The notes: generated by a model from the letters alone, not told the origin. A DNA stretch of 63,629 nucleotides, filler included, from Octopus bimaculoides (GCF_001194135.2; 5 parts of 5 records of this genome joined end to end with filler, not necessarily neighbours in it), one strand, 5' to 3'. Shown: positions 49,326 through 63,115, counted from the whole stretch's first letter. Numbers and translations are program-made.

Positions 49326-51358
49326 CTAAAATAATCAAAAAAAAAAAAAATTAAAATCAATATTAAAAAATTCAATAGATTTTTGTAGCATTTTTAGCAA
49401 TTATTCTCAATTCCCCTCTATCATTCTCTCTTTCTCTCTCACACACACATACACACATACACACACACACAATCTTATTATTAAGATTATTATTATTATT
49501 TAACATTATATTATTAACTCTTTTACTCTTTTACTTGTTTCAGTCATTTGACTGCGGCCATGCTGGAGCACCGCCTTTAGTCGAGCAAATTGACCCCGGG
49601 ACTTATTCTTTGTAAGCCTAGTACTTATTCTATCGGATCTCTTTTGCCGAACCGCTAAGTTACGGAGACGCAAACACACCAGCATCGATTGTCAAGTGAA
49701 GTTGGGGGGACAAACANNNNNNNNNNNNNNNNNNNNNNNNNNNNNNNNNNNNNNNNNNNNNNNNNNNNNNNNNNNNNNNNNNNNNNNNNNNNNNNNNNNN
49801 NNNNNNNNNNNNNNNNNNNNNNNNNNNNNNNNNNNNNNNNNNNNNNNNNNNNNNNNNNNNNNNNNNNNNNNNNNNNNNNNNNNNNNNNNNNNNNNNNNNN
49901 NNNNNNNNNNNNNNNNNNNNNNNNNNNNNNNNNNNNNNNNNNNNNNNNNNNNNNNNNNNNNNNNNNNNNNNNNNNNNNNNNNNNNNNNNNNNNNNNNNNN
50001 NNNNNNNNNNNNNNNNNNNNNNNNNNNNNNNNNNNNNNNNNNNNNNNNNNNNNNNNNNNNNNNNNNNNNNNNNNNNNNNNNNNNTATATATATATATATA
50101 TACATATATATATACATATATACGATGAGCTTCTTTCAGTTTCCGTCTACCAAATCTACTCAATAGGCTTTGGTCGGCCCGAGGCTATAGTAGACACTTG
50201 TCCAAGGTGCCATGCAGTGGGACTGAACCTGAAACCATGTGGTTGGTAAGCTACTTACCACACAGCCACTCCTGCGCCTATAGCAAGCCAAAGGTTGGAT
50301 GGTTTGACAGGAATGCGCCATGTTCCATAATCTGTTTTGACTTGGTTTCTACAGCTGGATGTGTTTCCTAACACAAACCACTTCACAGAGTTTATTGAGT
50401 CCTTATATGGCACCATCAACAGTGCTTTTATAATGGCACAATCACCGGTACCCTTCATGGCCAAGAATTACCAAGATGGTTTTAGGATATCAATTCTGTT
50501 CCATTCATCATTTAATTTTTCCACGTTGTGATGATGATGACATTTGCATAGTTTAAATGAGAATATGCTAGGGCAGATTTTTTTTTTTTACGCAGCTAGA
50601 TGCCCTTCCAGTTGCCAACCCACACCTGTTTCCAGTAATAATCTTCCAGTCTACATCAAAGACATTTAGCCTAATCTTTTATCTTTTATTTGTTTCAGGC
50701 ATCAGAATGCAGCCATGCTGGGGCACCAGCTTGAAGAATTTTTAGTCAAATGAATTGACCCCAGTACGTTTTTTTAAGCCTGATACTTATTCTATCGGTC
50801 TCATTTGCTGAATCACTAAGTTAGAGGGACATTAACACACCAACACCAGACAGTGGTGGGGAACAAACACACACACACACACACAGGTATGGTGAGCTTC
50901 CTTAAGTTTCCGTTGACCAAATCTATGCACAAGGCTTTGGTTGGCCTGTGGCTATAGTGGGCGACACTTGCCCAAGGTACCACACAGTAAGACTGAACCC
51001 AGATCCATGTGGTTGGGAAGCAAACTTCTTACTATGTAGCTAAGCCTGCTGTTGACACATACATAAATATATTTATACTGATAACATTCTAAGAATTTAC
51101 AAACTTTCAAGACAACGGGAGATAATTAATTTTTGGAACAGTGGACCTAGAAATGCTTAGGCTATAAATAATACCACATAAATATGGGAGTGGATGTGTG
51201 GTAAGTAGCTTGCTTATGAACCACATGGTTCCGGGTTCAGTCCCACTACGTGGCACCTTGGGTAAGTGTCTTCTGCTATAGCCTCAGGCCGACCAAAGCC
51301 TTGTGAGTGGATTTGGTAGACAGAAGCCCGTTGTATATATGTATATATATATATATGT

Positions 51359-51398
<40 letters not shown>

Positions 51399-51907
51399 CT
51401 ATATGTTTGTGTGTGTGTGTGTGTGTGTATGTCTATATGTTTGTGTGTCTGTGTTTGTCCCCCCAACATCGCTTGACAACCAATACTGGTGTGTTTATGT
51501 CTCCATAACTTAGCAGTTCAGCAAAAGAGAACCTATAAAATAAGTACTAGGCTTACAAAGAATAAGTCTTGGGGTCAATTTGCTTGACTAAAGGCGGTGC
51601 TCCAGCATGGCCGCAGTCAAATGGCTGAAACAAGTAAAAGAGTAGGAAAACCCATTTGGACAGGCAGCCTTCAATTTTTTTTCTATCCAAAAGTGTTTGA
51701 CAACCCAATATTTACATTCAATTATTTATAGCTTTATGCACTTCAAGATCCAGTGTTCTACAAAAGGAATCATTTGGAATTGATCTGTGTTTCACAAAAA
51801 GCCAGATAGATAAGAGGAGAAACATAAATAGAGTGTCAAGTGAAATAAATAATAACAATAATGATAATAATTTCAAATTCTGGCACAAGGCCAGCTATTT
51901 AAAGATT

Positions 51908-52055
51908 ATCCCTATTGTCATTGATTGGAGCATTGGGTTCAATACCACCCAATCTGAAAAAAACATCTGAAAGCCTTAGAAATACTCTACGATCTACATG
52001 TATTGCAAAAGTCGGCATTACTTGGAACTGCATGCATACTGCGTAAAGTCTGAGG
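51908..52055 (+). mobile_element. R4/Dong-clade LINE 3' fragment
   Basis: Frameshift-corrected IPIVIGALGSIPPNLKKHL...LQKSALLGTACILRK. Confidence 0.65.
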
Positions 52056-52696
52056 TCCTTGTTGTGACTTGACAAACAGTACAAACCCCTGGCAAACATA
52101 ATATCTTCAATCAACAACCTCACGATATTGTATATTGTGTGACGGCTATAATAAAACCACAGCTGAGTGAGTGAATTAAAAATTTTTTTAATCATTTCCA
52201 AGCTAGGGCAAATGTCTCATCACTGTCTCCTTGTCTTGACATCATGTGATTATTATTGTAAAAGCACCCACTACACTCTCGGAGGGGTTGGCGTTAGGAA
52301 GGGCATCCAGCTGTAGAAACTCTGCCAGATCAGACTGGAGCCTAGTGCTGCCATCTGGTTTCACCAGTCCTCAATCAAATCGTCCAACCCATGCTAGCAT
52401 GGAAAGCGGACGTTAAATGACGATGATGATGATATAGATACTTACACACACACACACATACATATGCATAAATATAGATGAAGCTGTAAGGTGTTATTCA
52501 GGCACTCTACCATGAGTCTACTGCATCATCTTATAGCAAAAACAGGTTATGAAGTTCATTGCTTATTCCTTTTATTCTCTTTTTTTCTTATTATCATTCT
52601 GTGGTCAACTAATGCTTTGTTCAGAAGCATACGTATATTGAACACTACATCAGGTTATTAGTTTCACAATGCCAAAGTGAAATGTGGTTGTGTAAG

Positions 52697-52742
<46 letters not shown>

Positions 52743-53542
52743 NNNNNNNNNNAATAAATCAAAATATTTTATAAATAAAGTTGAAAGTTTACGGAAAACA
52801 AATATTACAAATATGGCAGGATGAGCTTTTCTCTTCAAATACTTAAAACTTGTATAATATGTATAATATATCAGGACATGGAAAAATAAATATTCGTACT
52901 TATTAAAAAATAAAAATGACATGACAGTTTTTTTATGAGAAAAAGAAGTTCACTGGTGACTAAACTAATATGTAATTATATCCTATTTATGTCAGTACAA
53001 ATATTTCATTAGCCTGGATGACAATTACATATTAAATAATGAAATAGTTTAGCAGAGTTGTCATGAGAAAACTTGACATAGGATTTCACTGATTTTTATG
53101 TGAATCACATGTGCTTCATTTTTGTGGGTTTTACTCATTTCAGTCATTTTACTGCAGCCATGTTGAAGCATCACCTTCAAGGGTTTAGCTGAACAAATCG
53201 ACCCCAGTACTTTATTTTCTTTTTTTTAACAAACTGCTAATTTCTGGGGACATAAATACACTGACACCAGTTGTCAGGTAGTGGTAGGGAACAAATACAA
53301 GCATAAAGACACACACACACACACACACACAGCTGGCAAAAATGAGTAGTACTAGTATTTCAAAGGGCCAGCATTGTTATATTCTGTGTCACGTTGAATC
53401 TCCTTGAGGACTCACATTAAGATTACACCATGTCTGTGGAGTGCTCAGCCACTTGCACATTAATTTCACAAGCAGGCCGTTCTGTTGATCAGATCAACTG
53501 GAACCCTCATTGTCATTACCAACGGCGTGCCAGTTTTAAATA

Positions 53543-53754
53543 CAGGGTGGCCCAAAAGTAGTTTTACAGTTATTACGTAGGCACTTCAAATTTCTTTTAA
53601 AACACTTTATTACATTTAAATTTCTATCTTACAATTAACTAAATTAACATAGAATAATGGTTTCATATTTTTTTATAATTAAGATCTAAACTGTTAAAAT
53701 ATGAATTGGAAAGAGATAGTTGAATAATTGTAAACCTACTTTGGGGCCACTCTG
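53543..53754. mobile_element. Tc1/mariner-type MITE
   Basis: TIRs cagggtggcccaaaagtag / ctactttggggccactctg; TA TSD. Confidence 0.8.
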
Positions 53755-53785
<31 letters not shown>

Positions 53786-53885
53786 NNNNNNNNNNNNNNN
53801 NNNNNNNNNNNNNNNNNNNNNNNNNNNNNTTAATTAATTAANNNNNNNNNNNNNNNNNNNNNNNNNNNNNNNNNNNNNNNNNNNN

Positions 53886-56800
53886 TCAAGGAACGCGTGC
53901 GGCCATTCAAAGGACAGTGTTTCCAGTGTCAGTGCCCGCACATGGTGCGAGACTGCAAGTCACCCAAGCCTGAGGTCATTTGCTACCGGTGTCGAGAAAC
54001 AGGACATATAGCCAGCGAATGTCTGCGGGGAAACGGTCTAAGGGAGACTACTGCGCCGGTAGTTATCCCTTCAGATCAATAGAAGCGCGTTTATCGTTAC
54101 CTGTAGTCGACATTCTGGTGGAGGGGAAGATGTCGCGAGCCCTTGTGAACGCGAGCCCTGTACGACGACCCTGATGACTTCAGACATGGTAGAGACGTGG
54201 AGTGGAGTGAGCAGTGTAAGGGCAGTCGACGAAAGACAAGTACACTGTGAAGGAATTACAGATGCGCAGATTGTGGTGCAGAGAAAAAAGCTGACACTGA
54301 AAGCAATTGTAGTTGGCCACTTGGTGGATGAGATTCACGTGGTGATGGGGATGGATACAATCACTCGTTTAGGAGATGTCACTGTCAACGAGGCCGGTGT
54401 AACGTTAGGGGTTGCGGGGACACCGTGTATTACGAAACCGTGCATTTCTGGGAACCGCGAAGAAAAGCATGCTGCATACACCATTGAAGACCAGGAGTTT
54501 CGTGCTGTCTTCGATGGCCAGAGGTGGACAGTGGAGTAGAACTGGAAGGGAGAGCCCCCGACATTAAAAAATAAAGTGGGTGGCTATCAACATACTCTGA
54601 AAGGAAATGCCAGAAGTGAGTTTAAGGGTGAGGTGGAGCGGTGGATTAAGGAGGACATATTGATCCCTTGGGAAGAAGTAGAGAGTGGAGTCCTGCCGCT
54701 GATAGCGGTGATATAGCCCACAAAGCATAAGGTCAGGCTAGTGCTTGACTTCCGAGAGCTGAATGACCATATATCATGTCATACGGGCGGTGAGGCCACA
54801 GATATTTCCGGGGACACCTTGCGAGAGTGGAGACAAATGACAGAGGCCTCCACGATCGCCGATTTAAAGTCGGCACACCTGCAGGTGCATGTGGCTGAGA
54901 GACTGTGGAAGCATCAGCTTGTCAGGTATAAGGGCCGGACAAACTTACTGACCAGGCTGGGGTTCGGGCTAAATTCAGCGCCAAAGATTGTGGCAACAAT
55001 TCTCAAGGCCATCCTGGGAAAGGTGGACAGAGTAAACACGGCCACCAATTCATATATCGATGACATCCTGGTGGATGAAACAGTAATGCCAGCAATGGAG
55101 GTCATAGGCCATCTGAAGTGATATGGACTGATCACCAAGCCACCAGAGGCTATGGAGGGAGGCGCTGCACTAGGCCTCAAGCTACGGAGAGACAAGGCCG
55201 GTGCGTTGGTGTTCCGGCGAGGGAACGAAATCCCCGAACTGGGCACCAGCAGGAGTAGACGGAAACTGTTCTCGGTGTGTGGGAAGTTGGTGGGACACTA
55301 CCTGATTGCAAGATGGCTCTGGACAGCATGTAACTTCATCAAGAGACGAGTCGAAGGAGTGAAATGGTACAATAAAGTGGAGGAAAAGACGACCGACATG
55401 ATGCAGGAAGTCTTGGTCAGAGTGAGAGCAGAAGATCCAGTGAGGGGCAGTTGGTATGTTCCCAAATCNNNNNNNNNNAAGGAGTGAAATGGTACAATAA
55501 AGTGGAGGAAAAGACGACCGACATGATGCAGGAAGTCTTGGTCAGAGTGAGAGCAGAAGATCCAGTGAGGGGCAGTTGGTATGTTCCCAAATCAAAGAGC
55601 GGGATCGTATGGTGTGACGCCAGTAGCATCGCAATAGGAGTTGTCTTGGAAGTGGGAGGCGTCGTGGCGGAAGATGCAGCCTGCCTCAGGAAGACGGATG
55701 ACTGCAACCATATCAATGTGGCGGAGTTGGAAGCCGTGCTGAAGAGAGTGAACGTAGCCTTGATGTGGGGGTTGCACACCGTAGAAATTAGGACCGATTC
55801 GGCCACTGTACTTGGTTAGGTGACGGCAGTCATCACCAATGAGCGGAGGGTGCGAAGCAAAGAGGCCGCAGAGATGTTGGTAATACGTCGATTGGGGATA
55901 CTACGTGAACTAACTGCTGAGAGGAGCAGGGCAGATGCGCTGGCCAGGGTAAAGCGAGCCTGGTTACAGGTGCCAGAGGATGCGGAGCAGGCTGTGGCTG
56001 TAGTATGCCGTCTAAGTGACTCGGAGTTGAGGAGATTGCATACCATGCATCACATGGGGTAGGGGGACAGGACGTTGTTTCTAGCCAGGAAAGTAGACTC
56101 CGATGTAACAAGACGGAGCGTGCAGAGTGCGGTTAGCAGCTGTGACAGGTGCCAGTCTATTGACCCCGCTCCGGGCGTACATGAGGCGGGAAGTATTCCA
56201 GTGGACCACAACTGGAAATGACTGGCAGTGGACATAACACACTACCGGCAGGGAACATGCCTCTTAATGGTTGACTGTGGACCGGGGCGGTTGGCCATAT
56301 GGAGGAAGATGAAGACGGAGACCGCAGAGGAAATTGTGAGAGTACTAAATGAGATATTCCTGGAACGACGCCCCATGGATGAGCTGCTTCTGGATAATGG
56401 CACTGCATTTCGCTTAGAGGTGCTGAAAGAAATGCTTGATGGGTGGCAGGTCAGCCGCTTCTTCAAGGCGGCATACCGGGCAAGTGGAAATGGAGTGGTG
56501 GAATGGCATCATCGTTCCATCAAGACCATGGCAGAGAGGGGCCACATTTCACCAATCGGGGCCGTATTTTGGTACAATATGTCGCCCAATTCAGGACAGG
56601 CTGAGGAGTCAGTGCCACACACGGCAATATTCAGGTACGAGTGGAGGCATCCGTGTACTGCATCAATGCGACCCGAGGGAGAGGAAGAGCATGTCTTCAT
56701 GCAGGTCGGGGAAGAAGTTTGGGTAAAAACCCCAAATGCACGGTGTACATCACGATGGGGAAAGAGAACAATAACTTCCATCAATTCGAAGAACAATGTC

Positions 56801-57341
56801 TCTGTCAATGGTATGCCATGAAATGTTTTGGACGTGCGGAAGATTGTCAATGCCTCAGAGGATGGAACCAGCAGCAGTGGGCAAGAAGNNNNNNNNNNNN
56901 NNNNNNNNNNNNNNNNNNNNNNNNNNNNNNNNNNNNNNNNNNNNNNNNNNNNNNNNNNNNNNNNNNNNNNNNNNNNNNNNNNNNNNNNNNNNNNNNNNNN
57001 NNNNNNNNNNNNNNNNNNNNNNNNNNNNNNNNNNNNNNNNNNNNNNNNNNNNNNNNNNNNNNNNNNNNNNNNNNNNNNNNNNNNNNNNNNNNNNNNNNNN
57101 NNNNNNNNNNNNNNNNNNNNNNNNNNNNNNNNNNNNNNNNNNNNNNNNNNNNNNNNNNNNNNNACGCGCAGGAAGATAGCACGTGGGTGCAGTTCGATAA
57201 GAGACGGTGGGTGTGGAAGGACGTGTTCTTCACGATAACGACAGTGATCACTCAACCTGCGTCGGTCAACAGGTAAGGTCTCTGTATTCCTTTTTCGCTT
57301 TTGCTTCTTTTTCTGTTGTCTTTTTCCTCCATCACGCAACA
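53886..57341 (+). mobile_element. Gypsy/Ty3 LTR retrotransposon (degraded; 5' LTR and most of gag missing in gap)
   Basis: Two CCHC knuckles (CFQCQCPHMVRDC, CYRCRETGHIASEC), degenerate protease, RT (LDFRELN, YIDDILV), RNase H (WCDAS), integrase (H..H..CDRC, VDIT, DNG, E); order PR-RT-RH-IN; putative 3' LTR 57164-57341 ending in CA. Confidence 0.92.
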
Positions 57342-57531
57342 TATATATATATATATATTTACAGGTGTGTGTGTGCGTTATTGAGTGTGTTTGTATGTGT
57401 GTGCATGTGTGCGTGGGTGCGGGCCCATGCGTATGTGTGTATGTGTGTTTTTCTATTCTTAGTTGTAGAATATGCATTGAGAGAGAGAGAGAACGTGAGA
57501 CACACACACATGCACACACACAGACGCACAC

Positions 57532-57606
<75 letters not shown>

Positions 57607-58012
57607 TAAGATAGTGTGTTAGAAATTATCAAATATAGCTGATAAAATTTCCATTTTGGCGGGAATAATTAAACTAACTTTTTAATGGCTACAAGACTTG
57701 CCGTGCAAGAAATTTCAATGACCCAATTTAATGTCTAATTACATTTAATCCACATTTTCTTTTCATTAGTATATTCAAATGAAAACTTTTCGACCGAGTG
57801 CAACAGCTTCTAAGCAGTTGGTTGCGCTGCAAGAAATAGCAGATAAATCTCTCCTGAATCATATATCTTAAATGAAGAGAAGTCACATTAGATGATTTAG
57901 TCATATTTACTTTTCAAAAACGTTAGGGACGTTATAGCTGCAAACCTTAGGACATAAAACTGCATAATCATAATATGTCACTCTGTTAACAAAATGTTTA
58001 CGATTAATAATG

Positions 58013-58061
<49 letters not shown>

Positions 58062-58272
58062 CACACACACATATGTATGTATATATAATATTAGGGAATA
58101 AAGTCCAAAACGTACAGGGAAAAATTTAATTTAGCAATACTAAATCAAATTTCCCAATATAAAATACACACANNNNNNNNNNNNNNNNNNNNNNNNNNNN
58201 NNNNNNNNNNNNNNNNTTAATTAATTAANNNNNNNNNNNNNNNNNNNNNNNNNNNNNNNNNNNNNNNNNNNN

Positions 58273-58329
<57 letters not shown>

Positions 58330-59098
58330 ATATATATATATTTTTTTGTATGTATATTTCCTTTCTTCCCTTTTGTTACGCATTATTTTTCTTTTCCGTC
58401 TTTCCGCGTTCCTCTTTTATTTGTCTTTTCTCCCTTTCTTTTTTTCTTCCGTATAACTGTGTATTTTTCTGCCTCTCATTCTCTCTCTCTCTCACTCTCT
58501 CACTCTGACTCTCTCTCACTCTCTCTCTCACTCTCTCTCACTCTCTCTCTCTTTCAACTTTTCAATTTTTTTCAGTGTCCTTCATTTAATATTCGTTTTC
58601 TTTATTTCCTTCCCGTCTTTATCTATATCCTTTATGTATATCCGTCATAACAATTTTCGATCTTATTTTATTTCATTTCATTCTTCCTCCCTTTCTTTCA
58701 CGTCATTTTGTTCATTTTTCTTTTACTTTTTACTTCAATCTCTCCTAATAAATGTTTTATACGATTTATCTGTCCTCTTTCCTTTCTATTCCTTTCTTTC
58801 CCTCTCACTGTCGTTTATTTCTCTATAATCCCCAAAGTTTCCTGCATTTTCTGTTTGTTACAATTTCATTTAATTTATTTCCTGTTTCTCTCAATTTCTT
58901 CTAGCTAATGTTGTTTATTAGTCCCAAGTCAGTTGTGGCCGAGTAGAATTATGGCAAAAGCGGTTCACTTATCACATCACATTATATCTTTTACCATCTT
59001 TATTATTGGAAGTATTTGGCTTCTATTTATAGCATGTTAAGTGACCTTTGAACTGTTATCATTTTCTTAATTCCATCCAAAATTACTCCCATTCTGGG

Positions 59099-60025
59099 AG
59101 GCGGGTTATGGCACAATCGTTAGCACGCTGGACAAAATATTTAGCGACATTTCGTCCGTCTTTACGGTCTTGGTTCAAATTCCGCAGAGGTCGACTTTGC
59201 CTTTTAGAGTCGATAAAACATGTACAATTTCAATATTGAGGTTCGTTATAATGGACTTGTGCCTTACCCCGAAATTAGTGGCTTAATGCCAAATTTTCAA
59301 ACCATTGTTATGGAAAGCGGTGAGCTGGTAGGATCGTTAGCATGCCAGACGAAATGATTTGCAGAATCACTTCTAGTTCTAGGTTCTTAGTGCAAAATTT
59401 TCCGCGGTCGACCTTGTCATTTACACTTTTACGGTCGATAAAATAACTCCTTGTCAAGCAATGGGATCAACGTAATCAACGATCCCCCACACCCACTAAA
59501 TCTCAGGCATTGCGCCTCTCGTTGAAAGAATTATTATTATGCTAAGCTGGTTGACAGGTAGCGCGTCGATAAATATGCGTCGCTGCATTTGATCAGGCTC
59601 TTTACGTTCTGAGTTCAAATCCTACCGAGGTCAACTATGCCTTTAATACTTTCAGGGTCGATAAAAGATTGCAGCAGTCAAGTAGTGGCGTGTATGCAAT
59701 CAAGTAAGCCTCTTCTAAAATTACTGGCATTGTTAAATTTGAAATAATTGTTATTTTCAAAGAGTCATCAATTGACAGAATCTTGAGGACTTTGGAAAAG
59801 ATTCATTACGATATTTGTTCAGCCACTTTGTAACCTGATTTTACACTCCACCGTGATTATCTTTCCTTTACATCTCTCCAGGGTTGGTCAAATGAAGTAC
59901 TACAGCCCTACAATTGTTGGATTTTTGTCTAGATTCAACACAATTGTTACTAAAAGCGGTGAGTTTGGCAGAATAGTTGGGCGTTAGGAAAAATATCTTA
60001 CAGTATTTCTTTCAGTTCTTTACGT
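59099..60025 (+). repeat. Head-to-tail cluster of up to five SINE A copies
   Basis: Heads at about 59099, 59315, 59540, 59758 (degenerate) and 59953. Confidence 0.7.
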
Positions 60026-60029
60026 ACAT

Positions 60030-61820
60030 AGTTTCTTATCCATCTCCACATTTTCTGTAGCTATTTGTGCTTCTTTTCATTATATGTTTTTGGTAATTTC
60101 TAGTAAAGTGGCTTTGTTCTTGTGCTGCAATTAAAAATTCTTCCAGTCTCTGCTTTGAGTCCTGAGCTTCTCGGCCATTGTCAAAATTTTGCTTTGCCTA
60201 TATCTTTAGCAGTTCATGGCTCTCTGGGAAGGCATTCAACCAAAAGTTAGGAATTTTGTCCTTTCTGGAGACTTCCATTTGCCTGACTTCCTGAGAGCAG
60301 ATCTTACATCCTCTACCTTTATACCCTCCCACTTTTGCTCTTCTAAGGAGTCTAAGTCTGTAGATATTCGATCAGTCCAAGGGCCTTTTCGTTTTGTGTT
60401 TTTTCGTCTGCCCAAATTTTCTTCCAAATTTTGATGGGACAGACTTTATTGCAACTTGTATTTTCCCCATCTTCCTGTAAAAAATTTTGGGTTAATTTTG
60501 AACACGTTGTCATTAAAGAATCTAACGCAATTTTCATACCTTGCTGTGCTGCTTGACAGTTTCTACGGTGGTATCGATATCAAGCATGGTTTTCTTATAT
60601 TTTTCTTTAATTTTCGTACTTTTGTTGGTTCGATAGTCTTGTCAAACTTATGGTTATTTAAACATTCTATATCAGGCCTAAGTAGCTGGATTTGGTGTTG
60701 AATACGCTCTTACCAAGTAGGCTTTTTGGGGGGAATGTTGTCCTTTTCTAATCTTTTCACCACATAGAATCGTTGAGATTTTCGCGGGTGCATAGTACAG
60801 GTGGTTGAGATCTGTAATATGGACATCATTACCTGAAATTATATTCTTAAGTACAAGGTGGATTTTACCAATTATTTTCAGGTTTTGGTTCGAATTGCGA
60901 ATTTTTGGGAAAGTGTCGCCTTCATTCATTCTGGTTTCTTTAATTTTCAGCCAGTCAATCAAAATTTGACTTTTTTAGATCATGTAGTTCTGTTGGGTCA
61001 ATATTTGTGTGATTTTTTTTCATGTATTTGATTTTCATCTGCCTTAGGTGCTTAAGGTTGGTTTAGAGAGTATTTCACTTTGCTTATCAGTTGCATTAAC
61101 TTTTTCAATCATTATTGCATTTCCATCAGACCTAGGTTGGTCTATAATTATTACCTCTGTAGTATCATTTTTAGCTGCAACTCCGTTCCTTTTATCTCTT
61201 ACTAATTGTTTAATTTGAAATATCTCTAATTCAGTTATTAAATTTCACTTCATTATATTTCTTCAGGCGTTGGCAAGTTTGTTACTGCCTATGTAGTGTC
61301 ATAATTCAAGGTGTTTCTGTCTCCAGTTTACGTAGGTTTATACAGTATTAGATTTATTTGTGAGGCAATACATGATAGAAAGCCTTAAGAACTACTTTAT
61401 TATCTCCCCTAGACTATTTTTAATTCATTTTCTATTGGATATTTATTGAAAAGCAAGGATGGCCATCTATTGGAATTATTCTGGTTGTGGAGTACTTCCA
61501 GCTCCTGTGTTTCAAGATTTGAACCAGTAGCTGATTTTCCGTACCCAATCTGGTTCATTGCTCGGGTACGCGACCCTTGGTGATCCGGGTGACGGATTAT
61601 CCGATTTGTATTTTGATTTGTTATCATTGAGACATGACGAGCTTGGACGCTGACGTTATGGAGCTGACCCGTCTGTTTAGGGTTAATATTTTGAGACAAC
61701 ACCGCCTCCGAGTTCTCTGAATGAAAGCGTTGTTCATAACGTAGTATCTTCGGGCTAACAGATTTGTTTCTGTTTGTATTTTTTGTTGATAGATTTAGCT
61801 CCTGGCATAGTATTTTGTGT
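60030..61820 (-). mobile_element. R4/Dong-clade LINE, 5' part with internal deletion of most of RT
   Basis: KWKSP motif (60236-60427) joined at about 60170 to the post-RT AAQEQ..TRNYQKHI region; degraded N-terminal ORF upstream. Confidence 0.7.
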
Positions 61821-61890
61821 TGTTATTATTATTATTGTTCAGTAGTTTTATTTTTATAACGTGCTTTCACTTCACTACCGAGCGCAGCTC

Positions 61891-61894
<4 letters not shown>

Positions 61895-61973
<79 letters not shown>

Positions 61974-62590
61974 TTCTGTAGTCTTATTTTTATAACGTGC
62001 TTTNNNNNNNNNNNNNNNNNNNNNNNNNNNNNNNNNNNNNNNNNNNNNNNNNNNNNNNNNNNNNNNNNNNNNNNNNNNNNNNNNNNNNNNNNNNNNNNNN
62101 NNNNNNNNNNNNNNNNNNNNNNNNNNNNNNNNNNNNNNNNNNATTCGAGTTATCTCTATTTCCAGGTCTTTGTATTTTGAAAGTTTTTCCATTTCTTTTA
62201 GGGAAACGTTCTGATCTGCTGGTATTGATACATCAATTAGAAAGCATTTTTTCCTTCATGATCTTTGACAACTATATCTGGTCTATTGGCCTTGATTTCT
62301 CTATCTGTGTGTATTGGCATATCCCAGAGTATGGTTGCTTTCTCGTTTTCTGTGACATTTTCTGGCGTGTGTTTATACCATCTTTGTTCTGTTGTTATTC
62401 CATAGTGTTGGCATAGCTTCCAGTGTATATATTTCCCAGCTCTGTCATGTCAGTGAATATATTCGTTCTTAGCCAGGACTGGGCAGCCAGAGATAATATG
62501 ATTTATTGTTTCTTGTCCATCGCCACATTCTACAGTTACTTATTACGTTTCTTTTCATTATATGTTTTTGATAATTTCTGGTGGTGCGGG
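61895..62590 (-). mobile_element. R4/Dong-clade LINE 3' part with (TAA)n tail
   Basis: TILWDMPIHTDREIKANRPDIVV..LIDVSIP..KEMEKLSKYKDLEIEI; tail 61895-61970. Confidence 0.85.
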
Positions 62591-62592
62591 GG

Positions 62593-62654
<62 letters not shown>

Positions 62655-62724
62655 CATTATTATTATTATTATCATTTTCACATATACACAACAAATTTGA
62701 CTGCTGGGAAAGACAAAAATCATA

Positions 62725-63115
62725 ACATCGGGCTACAACAATAACCTTAGATGCTAAGAACCCTCCTAATTATCCTAGCTCTCCCTAATAGCACTGTTTG
62801 CTGGAGCTGTACTAAACTGGGTTTTATGCCTATTTCCTCTATCCATCTATTCAGATCTTTAAGGATATTATTATTTTCATATACACTCAACAGATTAGAA
62901 TGTTAGAAAAACCTAATAACAGGCTACAACAAGTAACCTAAAGATCTGAACAAATGGCTAGAGGAAATAGTTATAAAACCGAGTTTAGTATATCTCCATA
63001 AAGTAGTGTTAAGTACAGCTAGGATAATTAAAAGTGTTCTTGGCATCTAAGGTTACTTGTTGTAGGCCGATAGGAGGGTTGTTGTCATCTAAGGTTACTT
63101 GTTGTAGCTCGATGT
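62725..63115. mobile_element. MITE/foldback element with ~44-bp TIRs and repeated subterminal motif
   Basis: acatcgggctacaacaa(g)taaccttagatg motif at both ends inverted, right arm duplicated, extra copy near 62920. Confidence 0.6.

Noticed and set aside
51899-52201. 100-aa minus-strand ORF as a missing CTBS 5' exon
   Set aside because: No CTBS similarity; the opposite strand is an R4/Dong 3' fragment.
55354-55593. 115-bp perfect direct repeat in Gypsy pol
   Set aside because: Identical copies flank a 10-N gap; this is an unmerged contig overlap.
59099-60025. CRISPR-like or satellite array
   Set aside because: Units are whole diverged SINEs, not short repeats with unique spacers; the context is eukaryotic.
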